Source of the DNA: Octopus sinensis
Taxonomy: Eukaryota
Direction: 5' to 3'
Length of the DNA stretch: 64,000 nt
NCBI RefSeq assembly: GCF_006345805.1
Contig: NC_042998.1
Span: 121,830,001-121,894,000, forward strand
This document shows, piece after piece, positions 54,111-64,000 of this stretch. The translations under genes were made by a program, and so were the position numbers. The notes below the pieces were generated by a model, which was given only the letters and a program-made list of their open reading frames with translations, was not told the origin of the DNA and did no database searches. Each line of letters begins with the position of its first letter. Position 1 is the first letter of the stretch.

Positions 54111-56279
54111 TGAGGATATGCGTAAGCTCGCAAGAAATGAAGCCAGTATGCTCCGATGGATGTGTAATGTCAGTGTTCATAATCGTCAGAGTGTAAGTTC
54201 CTTGAGAGAAAAGTTGAACCTAAGAAGCGTCAGTTGTGGTGTGCAAGAGAGACGGCTGCGCTGGTATGGTCATGTGACGAGAAAGGCTGAAGATAGTTGT
54301 GTGCAAAAGTGCTACACCCTAGCAGTTGAGGGAACCTGTGGAAGAGGTAGACCCAGGAAAACCTGGGACGAGGTGGTGAAGCACGACCTTCGAACTTTAG
54401 GTCTCACTAAGGAAATGTCTAGAGACCGAGACTATGGAAGTATGCTGTGCGTGAGAAGACCCGGCAAGACTAGTCAGGCCATAACCCGTGGCCCCTACCT
54501 GGGACGTAGTCAGTCCTCCTGTGCATACCTTCCTTCTTGTGACACTTATGAGACCTGTTGAGGCAAGTGAAAATCAAATCAAAACAAATCAAAATAGATG
54601 AACATCAGTGGAATTGTATTCTTTGTGGTACCAGTGCCGGTGGCACACAAGACTGGCCTCCGTGCTGTGGGCACAACGAACACCATCCGATCGTGGCCGT
54701 TCGCCAGCCTCATCTGGCACCTGTGTCGGTGGCATATAAAAACACCATCGGAAGACCCGGCGACGTAGTCAGTCCACCTGTGCATACCTTCCCTCTTATG
54801 ACACTTGTGAAGACCTGTTGAGGCAAGTGTGTGACACTTGTGAAGACCTGTTGAGGCAGAGGCAAGTGTGTGACACTTTGTGAAGACCTGTTGAGGCAGA
54901 GGCAAGTGTGTGACACTTGTGGAGACCTGTTGAGGCAAGTGTGTGACACTTGTGAAGACCTGTTGAGGCAGAGGCAAGTGTGTGACACTTTGTGAAGACC
55001 TGTTGAGGCAGAGGCAAGTGTGTGACACTTGTGGAGACCTGTTGAGGCAAGTGTGTGACACGTGTGACACTTGTGAAGACCTGTTGAGGCAAGTGAAAAT
55101 CAAACCAAATCAAAATAGATGAACATCAATGGAATTTGTATCTTTGTGGTACCAGTACTGGTGGCACACAAGAAAACCATCCGAACGTGGCCGTAGCCAG
55201 TACCGCATCGACTGGCCTCAGTGCTGTGGGCACAACAAACACCATCTGATCGTGGCCGTTCGCCAGCCTCATCTGGCACCTGTGTCGGTGGCATATAAAA
55301 ACACCATCCGAAGACCCGGCGACGTAGTCAGTCCACCTGTGCATACCTTCCTACTTATGACACTTGTGAAGACCTGTTGAGGCAAGTGTGTGACACTTGT
55401 GTAGACCTGTTGAGGCAAGTGAAAATCAAATCAAATCAAATCAAACCAAATCAAAATAGATGAACATCAATGGAATTTGTATCTTTGTGGTACCAGTACC
55501 GGTGGCACACAAGAAAACCATCCGAACGTGGCCGTAGCCAGTACCGCATCGACTGGCCTCCGTGCTGTGGGCACGTAACAAACACCATCCGATCGTGGCC
55601 GTTCGCCAGCCTCATCTGGCACCTGTGTCGGTGGCACATAAAAACACCATCCGAAGACCCGGCAAGACTAGTCAGGCCATAACCCGTGGCCCCTACCTGG
55701 GACGTAGTCAGTCCACCTGTGCATACCTACTTCTTGTGACACTTGTGAAGACCTGTTGAGGCAAGTGAAAATCAAATCAAAACAAATCAAAATAGATGAA
55801 CATCAATGGAATTTGTATCTTTGTGGTACCAGTGCCGGTGGCACACAAGAAAATCATCCGAACGTGGCCGTAGCCAGTACCGCATAGACTGGCCTCCGTG
55901 CTTTGGGGACGTAACAAACACCATCCGATCGTGGCCGTCCGCCAGCCTCATCTGGCACCTGTGTCGGTGGCACATAAAAACACCATCCGAGCGTGGCCGT
56001 CTGCCAGCCTCGTCTGGCACCTGTGTCGGTGGCACATAAAACAACCATCCGAGCGTGGCCGTTCGCCAGCCTCGTCTGGCACCTGTGTCGGTGGCACATA
56101 AAATCACCCACTACACTCTCGGAGAGGTTGGCGTTAGGAAGGGCATCCAGCTGTAGAAACACTGCCAGATCTGACTGGCCTGGTGCAGCCTTCGGGCTCC
56201 CCAGACCCCAGTTGAACCGTCCAACCCATGCTAGTATGGAAAACGGACGCTAAATGATGATGATGATGATGATGATGAT
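54111..56279 (+). mobile_element. 5'-truncated RTE-clade LINE with an internally multiplied 3' UTR
   Basis: ORF C-terminus [45 protein letters not shown] (54118-~54470), a long 3' UTR, and a (GAT)n tail at 56255-56279. Confidence 0.9.
54799..55095 (+). repeat. 33-40 bp minisatellite (8 units plus one partial) inside the RTE 3' UTR
   Basis: Core tgacacttgtgaagacctgttgaggcaagtgtg; unit lengths 33, 39, 40, 33, 39, 40, 33, partial, then a final unit. Confidence 0.9.
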
Positions 56280-56289
56280 ATATATATGT

Positions 56290-56510
56290 ATATGTGTGTG
56301 TATGTTTGTATGTCTGTGTTTTTCCCACCAACATCAGTTGATAACCGATGCTGGTGTGTTTATGTCCCCATAACTTAGTGGTTCGACAAAAGAGACCGAT
56401 AGAATAAGTACTAGGCTTACAAAGAATAAGTCCTGGGGTCAATTTGCTTGACTAAAGGCAGTGCTCCAGCATGGCTGCAGTCAAATGACAGAAACAAGTA
56501 AAAGAATATC
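56290..56510 (+). mobile_element. SINE family B 3' half
   Basis: tgtctgtgtttttcccaccaac..gaataagtactaggcttacaaagaataagtcctggggtc..aaaggcagtgctccagcatggctgcagtcaaatgacagaaacaagtaaaaga. Confidence 0.8.
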
Positions 56511-56578
56511 TGTTAAAATGAGATGTCAGTGTGTATTTTCCTTTTTGCGTAATTTAGATGACAGTTTATTCACCGCAC

Positions 56579-56625
<47 letters not shown>

Positions 56626-56878
56626 CTGAAAGTCCTATAGCAATAGAAGAGGGAGACATATGCAGACCAAACCAGTAGGAAACACACAGTAAGTTACAAC
56701 TTACTTTTGTCACTTATGCCTCAAACCATGCAGATCTGAAATGGGACAGAATAGTCATTTGGGAGGTCATGAATGGAAAGCCAGAGATGCCAACTGACAA
56801 TGAGGAAGTACAAGGAGATATCCATTATCTGTGAAGATGAAGCAATCACTATATATAACATCAGGCACACAAACACAG

Positions 56879-56909
<31 letters not shown>

Positions 56910-56952
56910 CATGTATATTAATAATAATATTCAATTATCTCCCTCATTATTT

Positions 56953-57003
<51 letters not shown>

Positions 57004-57141
57004 TATATACATATATCATCATCATCATATAATGCCTGTTGTCCATGCTGGCATGGATTGGATGGTTTGACTGGGCTGGAAGGCTGTACCAACCAAAAGG
57101 CAGAAATATATATGTCACTAAAGTAACTGTATGTATGTGTA

Positions 57142-57208
<67 letters not shown>

Positions 57209-57226
57209 TGGGGAAGGCTGGTTTAT

Positions 57227-57287
57227 GGGATTACCTTAGGTTTCCTGTCTATAAAGGGTTTAGCTTTATGGCGTATTGTCAGATCCC
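57227..57287 (-). ncRNA. Type-I hammerhead ribozyme motif with one core substitution (G8 to A)
   Basis: Minus strand GGGAU-CUGACAA-UACGCCAUAAAG(CUAAACC)CUUUAUAGACAG-GAAA-CC(UAA)GGU-A-AUCCC: helix I GGGAU/AUCCC, helix III ACC/GGU, triplet GUA. Confidence 0.65.
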
Positions 57288-58074
57288 AAAAGCTATTGGC
57301 CCAAGACCTCTTAAAAATATGGAGGAGGAAGTGCTCCTTACTCATTTCATTTGACATAAAGCAGTATGTATATATATATTATGTGAAATGAATGAGTAAT
57401 GTATGCATAAGTGAAAACAGTTAGTGAAAATTTGCAGGATATTTTATTAAGAGGGATTTTTACTTCTATCATTTGCAACATTTTGCAAGTTATTAGCAAT
57501 TCTTTAAATAAAATTATTACAATTGCCATGAAACACAAGGTCCTTGCTTTATAAGTTGCAGACACCTTATTCACATAACCAGAACACCTGTATTACACAG
57601 ACCCATTAGTTGAGTGAAGCATTTGAACTTTGGCAGTACAATCTATTTCATCTATATGAAGTGAAACTTTTAATCACTGTAAGTGCGCAATGACTCAGAG
57701 TAGAGGGAGTGCTACAGTTCTGTATCTATGCGAATTAAATAAACAGTAGGAATGAACTTCAAATATACCATATATACAAAAGAAATTCTAAACAAGGAAG
57801 CAATACAAAAGATCAAGATGTCTCAGAGTACACTTAGCAAAGGCTAAAGTTTTTGCAGTAGGAAAGCAGATAGGGTCCTGTAAAGATCAGGGAAATGGCT
57901 GTGTGTGATATGCAGAAAAAAAGTAGGTAGGAATTCCAGAGGCAGACTTCATTAAAATTAATTAAAAGTAAAAATACAAGTGAAGTAGCTTCCTTCAAAT
58001 GCTCAGAAGGCTTACAAGAAGTGATTGCTAGCATTCATTAAATGGGTATTCTAATTAGCAGTGGAAGAGGGGGT

Positions 58075-58480
58075 TCTGTAAGTGAAGTCACCAGAGTAAG
58101 AACAGGGTGGAAAAAATGTTCAGGAAGACCTTATCTCTGCTGGTGATAAAGAATTTCTCTTGCAAAGTGAAGAGCACATTGTATGACACTTGTGTATGCA
58201 ATGCAATGCTGTATGGTAGTGAGATGTTGGCCTTGTATGCTGAAGATTTGTGATGACCAGAAAGAAGTGAAGCAAGTATAATCTGATGGATGTGTGATAT
58301 TAGTGTGCATGAATGATGGAGCAAAAAATAAACTGAGAGAAAAGGTAGACACAAGGGGAATGGGATGTAGAGACCCAAGGAGAGATGGGGTGAAGTGATA
58401 AACACTTATCCTATGAAGTTGAATTTCAGGATGGAGGTGACAAAGAATCCTGACAAGTAGCAAAATGCAGTACAGGAAAG
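58075..58480 (+). mobile_element. Decayed RTE LINE C-terminal fragment
   Basis: VRTGWKK..KNFSCKVKSTLYDTCVCNAMLYGSEMLAL..RSEASII.WMCDISV, same family as the 54.1-kb element. Confidence 0.75.
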
Positions 58481-59650
58481 GTAAAACAGTTCTTTAATTG
58501 GTGATGGTAACGGAGGTTGTGGTGTGTGCCACTTGCCTATTATATTTCTGTTATGTTGCCATCAATTTCCCTCTTTGTTACCATTTTATCTTTTGCTCAC
58601 CCTTTCTTGTATTCATTGTACTACAATGCCTACATAACAAAGGGATGGTAGTCAATCTGTCAGTATTCAATTCCCTCTCTTCCCTCCACCATCACCCTTT
58701 ATCACTACCTCTCTTACTACACCACTTTTCTTTCATCATAACAGTGGTTGGTGATAGAAAGGACATCCAGCCATAGAAAGCATGCTAAAATGGGATGTAC
58801 AAGGGAGACATGGTCTATGATTTGTTTAGGAGAGTAGTAAGTGTTGAACAAGAATTATCTTGGACTCTGATGACCTAACTATCTAATGTAATAGGAAGTT
58901 TCAACATAAGTATTAATTTAGATACAACAATATAAATTTTCTTCTTAAACACACACAATCATCTTTCACTCTAAGTAACTTCATTTTCTCCCACTTCCAC
59001 TCTCTTTCTCTCACCAAATTGTTTCTTTACTGCCTGTCATTTCTCTCTCTCTCTCTTTGTTTTTAAAATTCTATTTCATTTGTAGCTGTGCTTTCTTTTC
59101 TCTTTGTCTCTCTCTATCCACCCTGTTCATTCACCATATGCTAATTATAAATTTCTTTTTACCTTCCCCAACTCCTTAAAAATTCATGTAATTCTTCAAG
59201 TTGCTATTTGTTATGCAGACAATATAGTTTTGCTGAGTAAGAATTCTCCAGCTACCAAGTTCCATAGTTCCACATATTAGTTTCATTCTGTCTTAGCTGT
59301 CTGAAATGGTTTATTTCTAAGAATTTTTAAGTATCTTAGCTATTAATCATTCAATAATGATAACAGAAATAACTTTTATAAATTAATTGCAGTGATTTTA
59401 ATGCATACTTGACATTATAAATGCCAATTTGTAGCTAATGTTAAAAAAAATTACAGCATAGTCAGTGAAGAAAGGGCATCACCTATGACATTTTTTAAGG
59501 CTTCTGAGACTGATGGGAGAATTATCTTCAGATAGGAGACCACTAAAGGTACCCAAGGGTAAGTGGTGGTATTAAGTTGGAGAACTAAGAGAGAAATAGT
59601 TTGGGTATCAACTACATATTAACAAAAGATGGAAATAAAATATCTCTTCT

Positions 59651-59874
59651 TCAACCTTTTGGTATTTAAACTGGCCATATTTTTCCAAAATATTCTATTT
59701 GATGTTCATGTTGACCAGATTTGGCCTCTCACACCTGCCCATCAATGTCATTCTAAAAATAGAGAACTGGATCATCAAAATTTCAAAGCTACAAGATAAT
59801 GCATGATTAATTCAAAACAATATGAATAAATAAGTATTACATTTGACAAAAAAATCTGAATGTTAAAAGGTTAA
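59651..59874. mobile_element. TTAA-flanked MITE, second copy of the 50-267 family
   Basis: Shared internal sequence; ends in aatgttaaaaggTTAA. Confidence 0.6.
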
Positions 59875-60967
59875 ACATGTGAAATTTTTAAAACTATCCA
59901 GGCTAAAGTATGATAATAATGATGATGATGATGATAATGATGACGACGATGATATTATTGTCTAGATCAGTTCAGCTCAAGCACTGAGACCAGTAGAAGT
60001 AATCTCTAGGTTTTCCATCAAGGATAAGCTTAAACATGATCAAGTCAGGTGTGAGATGATGTTTCATGATCTGCTACAAAGGTGGGTTGCATTAAATGCA
60101 TTTTAAGAATGAAAGGGTTCACCATGTTGATGACAATGATGAAGTTTTTCATGATGCTGATAGCTTTAACGATGTTTCTAACTTAAGCACAAGGACAAGA
60201 ATTTTTGTCAAGAACTGGATGAAGTCAGAATTTTATTACTGACTTTATTTTGTCACCCCAGAAGAGTGAAGGATAACATTGACTTTGGTGGGACTTAAAT
60301 TCAAGATATGAAATTTGCTTAGGGGGTGCAAGCTGAGGATGTTCAAAGCATTTTCATTGCCCCACAAACATTTTAAGGGGTGCAAACACACCCCTGCATC
60401 CCCAGCCTATGAGTGCTATCTTGATTTAAAATGAATAGTAGGATGTAATTCGAGGGAGGCCTGGCTATTGTTTCTAACAGGTCAAATAAGTGATTGCATG
60501 AGACTTCTCATAAATATGATAATAATAGTAATGATGATAACAACTACATAATAATAACGAGGTTGATGCATCAGTATTAAATATGATTAAAATGCAAATT
60601 TTCTTTTTAGTAAAGTGTTATGTCACAATATTTATATAGAAATGGTAGAAATATTTTTATTTCTCCAGAGATACTGGCAGGAAAAAACAAAACAAAACAA
60701 CCCCATCCTCTACTAAAAAAGAAAAAAGAAAAAAAAGAGAGAAAAAAGTAATTGAGGAAAAAAACCAATAAACAACAAGATCACCCCATCCCCAAAAAAC
60801 AGGATGGTAAATTGAAACACACTCTCATTCTTAATAAAATCATCAAATGTATGGAATTGCAGGAAAGAAAATAGATTGTTACTTTTATACAGAAAGGTTC
60901 GGAAAATTAAGAAAAAAAGAAGAAAATTCTAGCAAGAATATAGTGATTAAACTACTACTACTACTAC

Positions 60968-61000
<33 letters not shown>

Positions 61001-61660
61001 AAGTAAATCATTTTCAGCTTTGTTTGGAATGATGACTTTGATAAAGAGGTGAATTTCAAAATGAGCAAATTACTACTTGTGTAGGGGTACAAAAAAACCC
61101 CCCAAAAAACAAAAGAAAAAAACAGCTTTTTACAGAATAAAAACTTAAGAACTTAAAAACTACAAGTAAAAAAAAGGGGAATAAAATCCCAATAAATAAT
61201 ATAAAATTATTTTGTATTGATTCTGGTTATGTTAGTACAAGAACAAGTTCTCTTAATTGCATATTATATAAAACAAGAAGTCCTCTGAAATCATATATAT
61301 ATATAATATAAATATCGTCTGAAAAGTCAGAAACTCTTCTCCTAAAGGCATCTGAACTTAAGAAACTTCTCATTTTACTAATAAATATATATTTTCACTG
61401 ACACAAATCACAACTGATCTCTTAGAGACTTTCTTCTTTTTTTTTTTACTAGTTTATGACATACTGTTCTTTCAGAAACTGCACACAAACTTTTCCCTTC
61501 TCAAAGACAAATACACAAAGGTTCATAAGTTATATCCATATCAACTTATGACCTGTTGGTATGGAGTCTAGTTCTAAGTCAAGGAGCACCTGTGTGTGTG
61601 TGTGTGTGTGTGCGCGCGCGCGTGCGTGTGTGTGGACGTGTGTGAGTGTGGTATGAACAA

Positions 61661-61946
61661 TTTCTTTTACTTGTTCCAGTGATTAGACTGTGGCCATGCT
61701 GGGGTACCACCTTGAAGAATTTTTAGCTGAATGAATTGACTCCAGTACTTTTCTTTTAACGTCTGGTATTTATTCTATTGTGCTCTTTTGCTGAACTGCT
61801 AAGTTATGGGGGACATAACCACTGGTCATCAAATGGTGGTGGGGAGCAAACGCACACACATGTATATACTATGGGCTTCTAGTTTTTGTCTACAAAATCC
61901 ATTCACAAAGTTTTGGTTTGCCCATGGCTACAGTAGAAGATACTTG
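61661..61946 (-). mobile_element. SINE family B, reverse orientation
   Basis: tttcttttacttgttccagt..gtggccatgctggggtaccacc..cttttgctgaactgctaagtta..aaatccattcacaaagttttgg..cagtagaagatacttg. Confidence 0.75.
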
Positions 61947-61972
61947 ATATATATATATATATATATATAAAT

Positions 61973-62297
61973 ATAAAGTAGTTGTATACTGTCAATTTAA
62001 TGTGACAGTCCCATGAAGGGAATAATACTACTGTTATTTAGCCCTAGGAAGCAGCAATGGTTCCTGTCAGTCTGGAGCCATGCTGCTCCAGACTGATGAT
62101 GAGCAAAGACTCAGAAACTAGTCTCTGGTTGCTGGCTTAGCTGGGTGGGGGTGCTTATCTCCCCCTTGTAAACATAAGGACATAGGAAATATGTCAAGGC
62201 CGACAGGATGCGTTGCTGCTTCCTAGGGCTAAATAACAGTAGTATTATATCCTTCATGGGACTGTCACATTAAGTTGACAGTATACAACTACTTTAT
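61973..62297. mobile_element. Fold-back element with 96-bp inverted arms and a structured, hammerhead-bearing spacer
   Basis: 61973-62068 vs 62202-62297 are reverse complements with 6 mismatches; TA dinucleotides occur at both ends. Confidence 0.9.
62088..62128 (+). ncRNA. Minimal type-I hammerhead ribozyme with an intact core
   Basis: CCAGA-CUGAUGA-UGAG(CAAAGA)CUCA-GAAA-C-UA-GU-C-UCUGG: helix I CCAGA/UCUGG (plus distal AGCCA/UGGCU), helix II UGAG/CUCA, palindromic helix III ACUAGU, triplet GUC (cut after 62123). Confidence 0.85.
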
Positions 62298-62339
62298 TGT
62301 ATCACTACTGCATAAATCTCTCTGAGAGATTTAGAAATG

Positions 62340-62377
<38 letters not shown>

Positions 62378-62539
62378 TTAGCCCATGCTAGCATGGAAAA
62401 ACAAGTAAAAATAAATGGGCAAATACATATATACATCCCCACCTGTTTAACACACACATATATAGTCTTGTGATCCAAACCTTGAAGTTCATACTGGATA
62501 AACTGCACATATAGTTTAAACAGCTGACCTCATGGCACA

Positions 62540-63085
62540 CTTGTCACACTTATTGTCTGCCAAGTAGAATAAGATTTGAGAGTTCTGTGGACCAAACAAC
62601 TGGACTCTCATCATTAAAACTTGTGGCAAGATTAAATAATGTAACTGAAATAGTTGGAATATGCACATGCTTACAACAGAGTGGTCGTTGTTAAAGGTAC
62701 GCAAAAGTCAGGTTGTAATGTTAAACTGAGTAATGGATTGATGTGCTTTCATGCAGTTTCTGTCTAATTCACAATTGACCTTGAATGCTTTGGTAAAAGA
62801 TGTTTGCCTCAAACATCTCGACCACTTGACTATGTCTGCACCTGTATCTTCCACTCAGTTGTATTATCTCTTCTTCTTCTTACAGCATTCACCTGGGGTG
62901 GGTTGAGCTGGCTTCATTCATCCTCAATGGTCTGACATTCGGCAGGGATGTGTTCTTTTGCCAACTCTTTTCAATTATGCCATCGACTGGATCATCACAA
63001 ATGCATTAAGGGAGTTCCCCGGTATCACTGTTGGTCACAACTTTTCCATCAAGGAGCTCGACTACACAGATGACAGTTGTATTAT
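62540..63085 (+). mobile_element. RTE-clade LINE reverse transcriptase fragment
   Basis: 62934-63077 reads DIRQGCVLLPTLFNYAIDWIITNALREFPGITVGHNFSIKELDYTDD (RQGC and YxDD RT motifs). The upstream boundary is approximate. Confidence 0.8.
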
Positions 63086-64000
63086 CTCTCATGGCAAAGC
63101 TTAACATCATATAAAATATCTGCCACAATAAAATTATAAATACAAATAGTTTCCAATGTGAATTCGTTCAAGACTTCAGCTTCTTTTCTAGCACCGCCCT
63201 TTAAATCAAAGTATAAGCCTATTTGCATTCATCACAGTTTCTTAAGCTGTTCAAAGCAACAAACTTTAACTTTGTGGAGTCAAAAGGCTTTTGCCACTAA
63301 CTTCATTCTTGTTGTTAATCCATTTAACAAAATCAAATATTAACCTGTGTAACACAAACAAAAATAACATAGCTCTCCCTACCAATGCAGGCCTTAAATC
63401 AATGGCAATGATGATGATAGTGAAGTTGCCAGAAACCAGCTTCTCACTCAGCATCACAAGGAAGCTAGCTGACAAAGATATATGGTAAAAGAGAAACCAC
63501 CTCTCCTGTTCTGCAATAAAGATGTATGGTAAATCAGGAGAGCAGTAATTTACTTCAGGACAGGTTGTTTAGTAAGTGAAACCTCATGCTAAAGCAAACA
63601 AACTTTGCTGCTATCTTTGTTTCTTAAAATTATTTCAACCCTTGACTTCTCATGGTCCAAAGTTAAAGCATTAAACCTTAACTATTGGCTACAAGATTTT
63701 GATTAATGGAACAGGCTAAACAGCACAACAGGAAACAATGCTGAAAAACTTGGTATTTCTTACAGCAGCAGATTCTTGAATATACAGCTGTGTGATGGAG
63801 GTGGTGTGTGTGTGCATGTGTGTATGTGTCATATACCATATATATTATATCATATCAGATATATCTATTATATCACATATCATATCAAATATATGTATAT
63901 ATTAAATACATATTATACATACAAACATGGACATATTTATTATACATTTTATGCATCTAATAATAAGTATTTGTGTGCATATGTGTGTGTGTGTGTGTGC

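Noticed and set aside
54799-55095. Regularly repeated 33-40 bp units resembling a CRISPR array
   Set aside because: There are no unique spacers, the context is eukaryotic, and the array lies inside an RTE 3' UTR; it is a minisatellite.
63090-63330. Possible hAT transposase remnant on the minus strand (ARKEAEVLNEFTLETIC..DIL)
   Set aside because: The similarity is too weak to support by eye; it needs a profile search.

Overview
AT-rich, microsatellite-saturated animal genomic DNA. The repeat families resemble those of octopus or other coleoid cephalopods; this is inferred from pattern recall, not from a database search. The only host gene I can support is MOGS (ER glucosidase I, GH63) on the minus strand. 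It has a 1.9-kb terminal exon (1859-3745) and a 262-bp internal exon (14125-14386) joined in frame across a 10.4-kb intron; I did not find the N-terminal/transmembrane exon in the window. The rest is transposon-derived: an internally deleted L1/Tx1-clade LINE, decayed RTE and CR1/L2-type LINEs, mariner and DD37D-like Tc1/mariner remnants, several tRNA-type SINE families, five fold-back elements and three near-identical tandem duplications. Three results stand out. (1) Four minimal type-I hammerhead ribozyme motifs occur in four different sequence contexts. One (62088-62128) sits inside a 96-bp inverted-repeat element and overlaps a competing hairpin that would sequester its core. (2) A full-length U6 snRNA copy is fused directly to the last ~53 nt of a SINE/LINE tail, a chimeric retrocopy. 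(3) One SINE copy has a 3' tail matching the 3' end of the L1/Tx1 LINE in the same window.
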